Part shown: piece after piece, positions 35,379 to 44,318 of the stretch
Layout: each line of letters starts with the position of its first letter
Position numbering within the stretch: the first letter of the stretch is position 1
Assembly: GCA_016302935.1 (NCBI GenBank)
Contig: JAEDMO010000002.1
Span: forward strand, 1-50,475
Reading direction: 5' to 3'
DNA: 50,475 nucleotides
Source of the DNA: Bacilli bacterium
Lineage (GTDB): Bacteria; Bacillota_I; Bacilli_A; RF39; UBA660
Notes under the pieces: model-generated
Databases searched by the model: none
Told to the model about the DNA's origin: nothing
The model's input: the letters and a program-made list of their open reading frames with translations, nothing else
Translations under genes and position numbers: made by a program

Positions 35379-36419
35379 TTACACATCCTTTCTTCTAAAG
35401 GCATCAAGGCTTCTTAAGTCGTTTGTATATAGTACTCTTAAGTCATTGATACCATATTTTAGCATAGTCATTCTTTCTACTCCAAAACCAAAGGCAAATC
35501 CGGTATAAACTTCATTATCATAACCACAATTTTTTAGGACATTGGGATGAACTATTCCTGCTCCTCCAATGGTAACCCAACCGGTATTTTTACAAACGTT
35601 GCATCCTTTTCCTCCACAGTTAAAGCACGACATATCATATTCTACCGATGGTTCTGTAAACGGATAGAAAGATGGTCTAAATCTAGTGACACAGTTTGGT
35701 CCAAACATATGGCGCGCCATAGCATCAAGGGTTCCTTTTAAGTGAGCTAAAGATATGTCTTTATCTACTACCAAACCTTCTATTTGGGTAAATTGATGGC
35801 CATGAGAAGCATCATCATAATCTCTTCTGTAAGTCTTGCCTGGACAGATAATTCTAATTGGGGTTTTATCTTGGTTAGCAAGCATGGTTCTAACTTGTAC
35901 TGGGGATGTTTGACTACGAAGAAGTATTTCATCATTTTTAATGTAAAATGTATCTTGGGCATCTCTAGCAGGATGTCCTTTTGGTAAATTAAGAAGTTCA
36001 AAATTATATAAATCTTTTTCTACTTCTGGTCCTTCAACTACTTGGTATCCCATGGATATAAAGAATTCTTCTAAGTCTTCAATAACCCTTTCAACCATAT
36101 GGGCAGGTGCAATAGTTATATCAGTTTCTGGTAGGGTTACATCTACTTTTTCACTTTCTAATTTTTTATTAATTAAAGCTTCTTCTAACTCTTGCTTTTT
36201 ACTTTCATAGGTATCATTAAATAATATTTTAACTTCATTTAACATCATTCCAAATGATTTTCTTTCTTCACTTGGGACTTCCTTTAACATACTGCTTAGT
36301 TCTGTTATAATTCCTTTTTTTCCTATGTATTTTGTTTTAATATCATTTAAAATATTTAAATCATCAACGTTTAGATCTATTTTAATTCTAGATTTAATTT
36401 CATTAACTTTTTCTTTCAT
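35379..36419 (-). CDS. pheS: Phenylalanine--tRNA ligase alpha subunit
   Basis: 346 aa. HPARDAQDTFY, class II motifs FRPSFYPFTEPS and GFAFGFGVERM. Confidence 0.97.
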   Translation of the reverse strand: MKEKVNEIKSRIKIDLNVDDLNILNDIKTKYIGKKGIITELSSMLKEVPSEERKSFGMMLNEVKILFNDTYESKKQELEEALINKKLESEKVDVTLPETDITIAPAHMVERVIEDLEEFFISMGYQVVEGPEVEKDLYNFELLNLPKGHPARDAQDTFYIKNDEILLRSQTSPVQVRTMLANQDKTPIRIICPGKTYRRDYDDASHGHQFTQIEGLVVDKDISLAHLKGTLDAMARHMFGPNCVTRFRPSFYPFTEPSVEYDMSCFNCGGKGCNVCKNTGWVTIGGAGIVHPNVLKNCGYDNEVYTGFAFGFGVERMTMLKYGINDLRVLYTNDLRSLDAFRRKDV

Positions 36420-36605
36420 AATATCTTCCTTTCAATAAAAAAAGATGTATACCTAAGGACGATTAAATTACCGCGGTACCACCTTAATTATAGCTTTTGC
36501 TATCACTTATACTTATAACGTAAGTAACGATTAAAACTAAAGAGTGAATTCATACTTTAAGTTTTGTTAGACTCTCACCTATTACTAACTCTCTTTTTAA
36601 AACTT
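36420..36605 (-). promoter_or_regulatory. T-box riboswitch leader of pheST (UUC specifier)
   Basis: On the minus strand: stem I base AAAGAGAGU...ACUCUUU, specifier loop AGUAUGAA-UUC-A (UUC at 36546-36548), T-box AAGGTGGTACCGCGG (36471-36485), and a terminator helix followed by U7. Confidence 0.88.
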
Positions 36606-36643
36606 AATTTTAGTATTACTATGTTCTTATTATGGTTTTATTA

Positions 36644-37405
36644 TTATTTATGCTCATTTAAAAATCTTATAAGTTTTTTGTTTTTTTCTTTTAGTTCGCT
36701 TGTTTTTGTTATAGGATTGTTTATATAATTATGATAATATGTCTCTATGGCTTTGTTAAGATAATAACTTTTAAAACTTTCTTTGAATTTTTTGTTGTTT
36801 TTTAGGTTTTCGTAATCTTCAGCACTATAATGAGTTGCAAAAATAAATTCGTCAGAAATTTCAAGCATGTATGTAGGTTCAATTCCTGTTAAAGATGAAA
36901 TATCATTTTTTATACATGATTTTACTATATTAGTTGATAATTTTCTTTCAAATATATCATTTAATAGTTTGCTATTTTGATATACAAAACGATAGTTAGG
37001 ATCTTTTTGTAATATAGATTTTAGTTTAGAAACTATTTGGCAGACGAATTCTTTGTCATTACATAGTTTGTTATCGATTCTATCTAAATAATCTAAGCCA
37101 TATTCAGTATCCATTATTTTATCTGTAAGAATAATTTTCTTAGCGATTGGTGAAGATGTAAATGGTGTACACCAAATATCTTCTTTGTAAAAATTGGTAA
37201 CTCCATATACTATATCATAGTCTTCTTTTTCATCTCGTGAAAAAAATTCTAGTCCACCATTAGCTACGATAAGTTCTACTGTTTTAGCAACAAGGTATTC
37301 ATATAGAGTTTTTTCATTCCTATAAGTGTTTGTTTTTTGTAAAATCTTTTTTAGTTCTTCTAGTTCTTCAGTGGTTGGAACATATACTTTTTTATTAATA
37401 TTCAT
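36644..37405 (-). CDS. Hypothetical cytoplasmic protein co-transcribed with frr
   Basis: 253-aa ORF starting 17 nt after the frr stop. No TM segment or motif recognised. Confidence 0.6.
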   Translation of the reverse strand: MNINKKVYVPTTEELEELKKILQKTNTYRNEKTLYEYLVAKTVELIVANGGLEFFSRDEKEDYDIVYGVTNFYKEDIWCTPFTSSPIAKKIILTDKIMDTEYGLDYLDRIDNKLCNDKEFVCQIVSKLKSILQKDPNYRFVYQNSKLLNDIFERKLSTNIVKSCIKNDISSLTGIEPTYMLEISDEFIFATHYSAEDYENLKNNKKFKESFKSYYLNKAIETYYHNYINNPITKTSELKEKNKKLIRFLNEHK

Positions 37406-37422
37406 AATAACCCCCTATTTTT

Positions 37423-37965
37423 TTATATGTTCATTAATTCTGATTCTTTTTCTTTTAATTTTTCATCTATTATTTTATTGTATTCATTGATTAAATCTTG
37501 AACTAAGTTATTACCTTTTTTTTCTTCGTCTTCAGGTAGTTCTAAGTTTTTTAAGGAAGTATTTGCTTCTTGACGAATGTTACGAAGAGCAATTTTTCCT
37601 TCTTCAGCAATGCTTTTTACTTGCTTAACTAAATCTTTTCTTCTTTCTTCAGTTAAAGCTGGAATGACAATAAATACACATTCACCATTATTGTTTGGTG
37701 TTACTCCGAGATTGGCTTCAAAGATAGCTTTTTCAATAGCAGATAGGCAACTTCTATCAAAAGGTTTAATCATCAGTTGTCTTGCTTCTGGTACAGAAAT
37801 ATTAGCTAAGCTTTTTATTGGTGTAGGTGTTCCATAATATTCTACCATTATGCCATCTAGCATAGCTGGGTTAGCGCGACCCGCTCTAACGTTTATAAAT
37901 CTAGATTCTAAGTTTGCAATTGCTTTTTGCATTTTTTCTTCGGTTTTGTCTAAGATACTATCCAT
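37423..37965 (-). CDS. frr: Ribosome recycling factor
   Basis: 180 aa. ...RAGRANPAMLDGIMVEYYGTPTPIKSLANISVPEARQLMIKPFD...PALTEERRKDLVK. Confidence 0.97.
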   Translation of the reverse strand: MDSILDKTEEKMQKAIANLESRFINVRAGRANPAMLDGIMVEYYGTPTPIKSLANISVPEARQLMIKPFDRSCLSAIEKAIFEANLGVTPNNNGECVFIVIPALTEERRKDLVKQVKSIAEEGKIALRNIRQEANTSLKNLELPEDEEKKGNNLVQDLINEYNKIIDEKLKEKESELMNI

Positions 37966-38340
37966 AATTCCTCTCTTTCATAGAAAGATTATACTATAAA
38001 TTTATAAAAAATGCTAGTGTGTTGGTTAATTTTGTGCTTTTTTAGATAATTTTATCAATTATTATTGAGAGTATTGTACTAATTAATAAAGAATGTTAAA
38101 AATATTTTGAAAACATATTGTTATAAAAACATTTGGTTAACATAATTGGTTTGGAACATTTAATGTGAGTGTCGCCCTCCAGACTTGAAAAAGGAAGTAA
38201 AAAAAAAATAGACACTCTTCAGCACATGAAACATTACATTTTTTATGGTTTGAGAAGTGGAAAAAAATGTATTAATCTCGAATGTGGAAAAATAATTATA
38301 TTTTTTTTTAAATTATTCTCTTGTGTTTTGGTGGTAGATG

Positions 38341-38865
38341 TTATTTAACCATTAAAACAAATTCTTGTGTTTTGCCAATCGTATTTTCTGTTTTAAAAAA
38401 ATCTTTTATTTTAAAACCACAATTCTCATAACATTTTATAGCATTTTTGTTTTCTTTCAATGGACACATAACAAGTAAATTTGCTTTCTTTTTTTGAAAT
38501 AAGTAATTTGTTATTATATTAATACTATTTCTTCCAATACCTTTATTATGTAATTTTACTTCTCCTATAAATATATCTATTTCATAGCAATTATCAATAG
38601 TAATATTATATAATTTTTTATTTTCATCATTTATTAGTTGATATTGAATTATACCAACTGGTATATTATCATATTCAATCATAAATACTGGTATTTTAGC
38701 ATCTTCTGCTGTCCTTGGTAAATATTTTTTCTTAACTTCTTCATAAGTTAATTTTTTTTGTTCAAAATGCAAATAGATTTCTTCTTCTTGATACCACTTT
38801 TCTAACAATTTATAATCTTTCTCATTATCGTTAAGTTTTCTTAAATTTATTTTACCATTTTTCAT
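38341..38865 (-). CDS. GNAT N-acetyltransferase resembling the AAC(6')-Ie domain (Acetyltransf_8 type)
   Basis: 174 aa. By recall it aligns with the AAC(6') half of AAC(6')-Ie/APH(2''): LLEKW..., MIEYDNIPVGIIQYQ, IDIFIGE....KGIG, KKKANLLVMCPLKENKNAIKCYENCGFKI. Confidence 0.7.
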   Translation of the reverse strand: MKNGKINLRKLNDNEKDYKLLEKWYQEEEIYLHFEQKKLTYEEVKKKYLPRTAEDAKIPVFMIEYDNIPVGIIQYQLINDENKKLYNITIDNCYEIDIFIGEVKLHNKGIGRNSINIITNYLFQKKKANLLVMCPLKENKNAIKCYENCGFKIKDFFKTENTIGKTQEFVLMVK

Positions 38866-39002
38866 TTTATTTGCTCCTTTTTATTCTGATTTTTTCTATA
38901 TTATAAGTTTTTTATCATTATGGGTAGTATATTTGTTATCTTAGAGATAATTTTTTTATATCAATGGTAAAAAACTATATCTTCAAATTGCAAATTTTAA
39001 AT

Positions 39003-39740
39003 TTATAGTTTGAGTTCTTCTATTTTATATTTGCAGTTTAAAATATTAATTACATTTTTTAGAATATCGTTATTTAATTTAGTAAAGTATAGTTGTACTT
39101 TTAAAATGGCTCCATCTTCAATTAATGAGGAAATAGGATATGCCATATCATATAGTTGTGTTTTAATTAAAGAGCTTATTTGTTTTTTTATGATGGGATA
39201 ATGTGTACATCCTAGTATTAGTAGGTCTAGATTTTTGTTTTGAAAAGGGGCTAGATATTCTTTTAGAATTTTGATGCTTTCTTTTTTATTCATCAAATTT
39301 TTTTCTATTAAATCTACTAATTTAGGTGCAGGATTAGTTATAACATTTATATTGTGTTTGGTTAGTGAAGAGGCAATTTTATTACTTTGGATGGTCATGT
39401 TGGTAGCTATTAAGCCAATATTTTTATAGTTTTTATTAACAATATAATCTATTGTTGGGGTAATAATATCAATTATTTTTATTTTATGTTTTTCTTTTAA
39501 GTAATTGGATAAATTGGAACTTATGGTTCCACAGGCAATAATAACTAAATCACATCTTTTTTTTATGAAATAGTTTATTATTGTGTCACTATATTTTTTT
39601 AAATTTTCAATAGTAGAATTTCCGTATGGGAGATTTTTAGTATCGCCGATATAGATATATTCGTGATATTTGTTTTTTCTTATTAATTCTTTTAAGATGG
39701 TTAGACCACCTACCCCAGAATCAAAAATACCTATTTTCAT
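39003..39740 (-). CDS. murI: Glutamate racemase
   Basis: 245 aa. IGIFDSGVGGLTILKEL, IIACGTIS (first catalytic Cys), LGCTHYP (second catalytic Cys). Confidence 0.92.
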   Translation of the reverse strand: MKIGIFDSGVGGLTILKELIRKNKYHEYIYIGDTKNLPYGNSTIENLKKYSDTIINYFIKKRCDLVIIACGTISSNLSNYLKEKHKIKIIDIITPTIDYIVNKNYKNIGLIATNMTIQSNKIASSLTKHNINVITNPAPKLVDLIEKNLMNKKESIKILKEYLAPFQNKNLDLLILGCTHYPIIKKQISSLIKTQLYDMAYPISSLIEDGAILKVQLYFTKLNNDILKNVINILNCKYKIEELKL

Positions 39741-39753
39741 ATAATCACCTATT

Positions 39754-41022
39754 TTATATTATTTTACCAGTTACTTTTTTATTATTAACTTTATTAATTT
39801 TTACTGAAATTACTTCATTGGGTCTTAATGGTGAGTTAATTTCTACTTTGATATAATTAGAAGTATATCCATAAGATTTACCATCTTTTGTTTGTTCTAT
39901 AATCACTTCCTCAGTTTCATTTAGTTTGGATTGATAGAAATCTTGTTCTAATTGGTCAGATAATTCTAATACTGTTTTTACTCTTTTTCTTTTTATTGTT
40001 TCATCTATTTGATTTTCCATAGAAGCTGCTTTGGTTCCTTCTCTTTTTGAATATGGGAAGGTATGAATTTTGGTAAATTTTATTTCTTTTAGAAATTTAA
40101 GTGTATCTTCCATATCTTTTTCATTTTCATTAGGAAAACCTACGATTAAATCGGTAGTGATAGATACATCTTTGATCATTTTTCTTATTTTTTCTATTCT
40201 ATCTTTATAGAATTTTAAGTCGTATTTTCTATCCATAAGTTTTAGAATTTTGTCACTACCTGATTGAAGAGGAATATGAAGATGTTTAGCGATTATTTTG
40301 TTATCTTTTATAAGATCTAAAATAGGGTCTGTCAATTCGTTTATTTCAATTGATGATATACGGATGCGATATAAGTTTTTTATTTTGATTATGTCTTTTA
40401 GTAATTGTTCAAAGGTGTAATTTATGTCTTTTCCGTATTTACCGGTATGAATACCTGTTAGTATTATTTCTTTGTAGCCATTTTCAACTAAGGAAGTTAT
40501 TTCTTTTATGACTGTTTTTGGATCTTTGCTTCTAATTGGTCCTCTAGCATAGGGAATGATACAATATGAGCAGAAGGCATCACAGCCATCTTGAATTTTA
40601 ACGAATGCTCTTGTGTGGCTGTTAAAGGAAGAAATATACATATCTTCAAAAGAGATGTTATCAAGATTATATATTCTTTTTATTTTATTTTTATTTTCTT
40701 GATATTCTTCTATTAAACTTATTATTTTTGATTTATCTTTGTTACCTATAATAATATCAGCATCTATGTTATCACCTTTTATTTGAGCGTGACATCCCAT
40801 TGCAATGATGATGGCATCTTTGTTTTGTTTTCTAGCTCGTTTAATCATTTTTTCTGATTTCTTATCACTGGTATTGGTTACGGTACAAGTGTTTATGATA
40901 TAAATATCGGCTTTAGAATCAAAATCAACTATTTGGTAGCCGTTTTCTTTTAAAATGTTGGTTATATATTCACTTTCGTAAATGTTAACTTTGCACCCTA
41001 GGGTGTGAATTGCTGCTTTCAT
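39754..41022 (-). CDS. mtaB: tRNA t6A37 methylthiotransferase MtaB (radical SAM, MiaB-like)
   Basis: 422 aa. N-terminal UPF0004 Cys triad (GCKVN...NTCTVT...GC), radical-SAM CDAFCSYCIIP, C-terminal TRAM-like region. It occupies the position of yqeV in the B. subtilis dnaK operon. Confidence 0.85.
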   Translation of the reverse strand: MKAAIHTLGCKVNIYESEYITNILKENGYQIVDFDSKADIYIINTCTVTNTSDKKSEKMIKRARKQNKDAIIIAMGCHAQIKGDNIDADIIIGNKDKSKIISLIEEYQENKNKIKRIYNLDNISFEDMYISSFNSHTRAFVKIQDGCDAFCSYCIIPYARGPIRSKDPKTVIKEITSLVENGYKEIILTGIHTGKYGKDINYTFEQLLKDIIKIKNLYRIRISSIEINELTDPILDLIKDNKIIAKHLHIPLQSGSDKILKLMDRKYDLKFYKDRIEKIRKMIKDVSITTDLIVGFPNENEKDMEDTLKFLKEIKFTKIHTFPYSKREGTKAASMENQIDETIKRKRVKTVLELSDQLEQDFYQSKLNETEEVIIEQTKDGKSYGYTSNYIKVEINSPLRPNEVISVKINKVNNKKVTGKII

Positions 41023-41103
41023 ATTAAAACTCCTTTTTAAATTAAAAAAAATATATAAAATATTACTTTTAGTGTAACATTTATATATATTTTTGGCAAC
41101 TAT

Positions 41104-41739
41104 TTACATGCCTTTTCTAAACGATTTTAATTCTTTTAAAAATTCACTATCATCTTCTATTTCGGTATTAAATCTCTCCTCACGAGTAGCTGCTAAATGG
41201 GTATTTTTTATTAATTCCTCGTAGCTGATGATGGCATCTTCTTCTCCTTGACGTTCAAAGTCTGTAAATTCAATCGGTGTTTCTTCTTCGTCTAGATCTT
41301 GATATAGTGTTTCATCTAAATTATATTTACTAATATCAATAGGAGTTAGTTTTTGAGTTTCTGCTAGGGATATAACGTCATTACCTTTACCTATTGAAAC
41401 TGGGGATGTTTGATCTTTTGTTCCAATTTCTTTGAGCATATTTTTTTGATATATACCGGTATTTTCTAGATTAGTTTGTTCTTTATTTACTATTAAATCT
41501 TGTTTACTTTCTTTTATTAATTTTATATTGTTAAAATCTATATCGCTAGTTTTAACAATATTTATTTTTTTCTCTTCGTTTAGGTTTTTAATGATTTTTC
41601 TTAGTTTTTTTACTTTTATCATTAGATTAATGCAGATAAATAGTAAAATAAAAAAGATGGTAATTACTACCCAAATTAATACTAATTCACTAGTAGATAA
41701 ATTTTGATAAAAATTGGAAATTGATTTAATTATATTCAT
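41104..41739 (-). CDS. Hypothetical membrane-anchored protein with an acidic C-terminal tail
   Basis: 211 aa. One N-terminal TM segment (LVLIWVVITIFFILLFICINLMI), then a charged, low-complexity cytoplasmic region. Confidence 0.6.
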   Translation of the reverse strand: MNIIKSISNFYQNLSTSELVLIWVVITIFFILLFICINLMIKVKKLRKIIKNLNEEKKINIVKTSDIDFNNIKLIKESKQDLIVNKEQTNLENTGIYQKNMLKEIGTKDQTSPVSIGKGNDVISLAETQKLTPIDISKYNLDETLYQDLDEEETPIEFTDFERQGEEDAIISYEELIKNTHLAATREERFNTEIEDDSEFLKELKSFRKGM

Positions 41740-41743
41740 TATC

Positions 41744-42451
41744 TCACCTCAAATAATGATAGTTTAGCATACTTAAAGCCGCGATGGCTGCTGTTTCTGA
41801 ACGAAGAATATTTTCTCCTAAAGATACTGATTGATAGCCGTGTTTGTGTAGATATGTGATTTCTTCTTTAGTTATTCCACCTTCAGGTCCTATTACTATA
41901 ATAATTTTATCACAAGTAGGATGATTATGCAAAACATTTTTGATGGTTTTAAAATTTTCCTTAGTATCCAGTACTAATTTTAAATCCGCTTCTATTTTAA
42001 CTAAATCTTCTATTTTATGAATATTTTTGATGGTTGGTATATCGTTTCTTTTGGATTGTTCACTTGCTTCTTTACATATACTTTCCCATCTTATTTTCTT
42101 TTTTGCAAATTTATTTTCATCTAATTTTACTACGCATCTACTTAAACAAAGAGGAATGATAGTATCTACTCCTAGTTCGGTTGTTTTTTGTAAAATTAAA
42201 TCTTGTTTTTGTTCTTTTATTAAAGAAGAAGCTAGAATAATTTCTTTTTTATTTTGTTCATTAGAAATAATTTCTTCTATTATTTTTATTTGATAATTAT
42301 TTAAAATCTCACATAAATATATTTTTTTATTAAAGACTACTTCTATTTTATTATGGATATTCATCCTCATAACGTTTTTAATATGATGAATGTCACTTTC
42401 TTTTAGGGTTACTTTTTCTTTTTCAATATTTTTAGCAAAATATCTTTGCAT
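41744..42451 (-). CDS. rsmE: 16S rRNA (uracil1498-N3)-methyltransferase RsmE
   Basis: 235 aa. MQRYF...ESDIHHIKNVMRM, C-terminal SPOUT knot IGPEGGITKEE...SLGENILRSETAA. Confidence 0.88.
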   Translation of the reverse strand: MQRYFAKNIEKEKVTLKESDIHHIKNVMRMNIHNKIEVVFNKKIYLCEILNNYQIKIIEEIISNEQNKKEIILASSLIKEQKQDLILQKTTELGVDTIIPLCLSRCVVKLDENKFAKKKIRWESICKEASEQSKRNDIPTIKNIHKIEDLVKIEADLKLVLDTKENFKTIKNVLHNHPTCDKIIIVIGPEGGITKEEITYLHKHGYQSVSLGENILRSETAAIAALSMLNYHYLR

Positions 42452-42454
42452 ACT

Positions 42455-42721
42455 TTATCCTTCTAATAATTTTAAAACTTCATCTTTATGATTTAGTGAT
42501 AAAACTTTTATAATCTCGTCAAATTCAGTTTCGTTATCGATGTTTTCTAAATAGCAAATGTTATCTTTTACTTGTTCTTTAACAATAGCAACGTTATTTA
42601 AATTATCATCTTCATTGATTAAAAATAGATAGTTTTGATTGTTAATGTTTATTTTATCTACTACAATATATTTTTCGTTATTGTTTAATGTTATTACATC
42701 ATCTTTATTATATTCCATCAT
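42455..42721 (-). CDS. Small hypothetical cytoplasmic protein
   Basis: 88-aa ORF lying 3 nt upstream of rsmE and 5 nt downstream of the preceding ORF. No motif recognised with confidence. Confidence 0.5.
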   Translation of the reverse strand: MMEYNKDDVITLNNNEKYIVVDKININNQNYLFLINEDDNLNNVAIVKEQVKDNICYLENIDNETEFDEIIKVLSLNHKDEVLKLLEG

Positions 42722-42726
42722 ATCAC

Positions 42727-43122
42727 CTAATTTCTACTATTTTTTATAACTTCAGTGGTTGTATCAATGAGATTAATAGGATTTAGATTATCGATAAATT
42801 CTTCTGCAAATGCTCCATCTGGTATTTTATTTTTAGCCTCTTCAGTTAAATGATAATCAGAGCCTACACGAACATAATCATCGTTAGTAATTTCGTACTT
42901 TTGTTTAATAGCTAAGGTGGAGATAAGATTATTAATTATTAGATAAAAAATTAAGGCAATGGCTATTTTTCTTATAGCTTTATTTTTTTTCTTTTCAATT
43001 TTTTCTTTTTTTTCTGGTGGCATTTTTTCAACGATGGTTACATAGCTACCTTGTGGAAGTTTACTACTTTTCATTACGCCTCTTTTTATCTCTTTAAATT
43101 TTAGTTCATCGTTTTTATTCAT
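42727..43122 (-). CDS. Small hypothetical bitopic membrane protein
   Basis: SD AAGGAAGTGA precedes the ATG at 43122 (MNKNDELKF...). Central TM segment IAIALIFYLIINNLISTLAI. The track start at 43131 is GTG. Confidence 0.55.
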   Translation of the reverse strand: MNKNDELKFKEIKRGVMKSSKLPQGSYVTIVEKMPPEKKEKIEKKKNKAIRKIAIALIFYLIINNLISTLAIKQKYEITNDDYVRVGSDYHLTEEAKNKIPDGAFAEEFIDNLNPINLIDTTTEVIKNSRN

Positions 43123-43184
43123 AAAAATCACTTCCTTTAGTTTAATTATATTATATATTTGCTTTTATTAAAAGAAAATTATGC

Positions 43185-44303
43185 CTATTTGACATAATTT
43201 TTATATTTTTTAAATGAAGGATGGTTATCTAAAGAGGTATTATTTAATTGTTCAAATAATTGTTTTTGTTCTTTAGTTAGTTTTTCAGGAATGATGATAT
43301 CGATAATTGCATACATATCGCCTTTTTTACCAGAGTGAACATTTTCAATACCTTTGCCTTTTAATCGTAATTTATCGTTATTTTGAATTCCTGCTGGGAT
43401 AGACATGGTAACTGGTCCATATATTGTTGGAACTTCTTTTTTACATCCTAATACAGCCTCGGTTATGGTTAGAGGAAGAGTTAGATATATATCATCTTCT
43501 TCTCTTTCATATATTTCGTGGGCTGATACACTGAACTCAATATATAAATCTCCACTTACACCACCGTTTAATCCTGCTTCACCTTTTCCTTGGAGTCTTA
43601 GGCGATTACCGGTATCTATACCTGCAGGTATTTTTACGGTGATATTTTTATTTTCTTTAACTTGGCCCGTTCCTTTACATTTGGTACATTTTTTTTCGTA
43701 GGTTTTACCTTTACCACCACAAGTTGGACATGGTGTTTTAGTTAGAAATGTTCCAAAAAGGCTTCTTTGTTCACTAGTAACCATACCAGAGCCATGACAA
43801 GAATTACATGTTTTTTCATCAAAACCACCATGGCCATTACATTCACTACATACATCTACTACATCTAATTTAATATTCTTTTCACAACCAAAAGCTGCTT
43901 CTTCAAAGGTAATATTCATTTTATATAATATGTCATTACCGTTTTTTCTACCAGAAGTTCTTCTTGATGATGATGAGAATGCACTTCCACCAAAGCCAAA
44001 GCCCGATAGTATTTCATCAAATATATCATTCATACTACCAAAATCGAAACCTTCAAAGCCAGAGAATCCTCCACGGTCATCGGTGAAGGCGGCATGACCA
44101 TATTGATCATATTTTCTTCTTTTATTTTCATCTGATAATACTGCATATGCTTCTTGGGCTTCTTTAAACTTTTCGGCAGCATTTTCTTCTTTGGATACAT
44201 CTGGATGGTATTTCTTAGCTAATTTTCTAAAAGCACTTTTTATCTCAGCCTCGGTAGCTGTTTTGCTGACACCTAGCACTTCATAATAATCTTTTTTATT
44301 CAT
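43185..44303 (-). CDS. dnaJ: Molecular chaperone DnaJ
   Basis: J domain KDYYEVLGV...KYHPD, G/F region, four CxxCxGxG zinc motifs. The ATG at 44303 is preferred over the GTG at 44312. Confidence 0.97.
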   Translation of the reverse strand: MNKKDYYEVLGVSKTATEAEIKSAFRKLAKKYHPDVSKEENAAEKFKEAQEAYAVLSDENKRRKYDQYGHAAFTDDRGGFSGFEGFDFGSMNDIFDEILSGFGFGGSAFSSSSRRTSGRKNGNDILYKMNITFEEAAFGCEKNIKLDVVDVCSECNGHGGFDEKTCNSCHGSGMVTSEQRSLFGTFLTKTPCPTCGGKGKTYEKKCTKCKGTGQVKENKNITVKIPAGIDTGNRLRLQGKGEAGLNGGVSGDLYIEFSVSAHEIYEREEDDIYLTLPLTITEAVLGCKKEVPTIYGPVTMSIPAGIQNNDKLRLKGKGIENVHSGKKGDMYAIIDIIIPEKLTKEQKQLFEQLNNTSLDNHPSFKKYKNYVK

Positions 44304-44318
44304 AAAACTCACTACTTT

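Noticed and set aside
35780-36001. 73-aa minus-strand ORF inside pheS (and its plus-strand partner at 35784-35987)
   Set aside because: It is out of frame within the conserved PheS catalytic domain, with no SD and no recognisable product.
38936-38950. Palindrome TTATCT-TAG-AGATAA upstream of the GNAT gene (possible operator)
   Set aside because: It is a short AT-rich palindrome with no adjacent regulator gene and no clear promoter overlap. It cannot be distinguished from chance.
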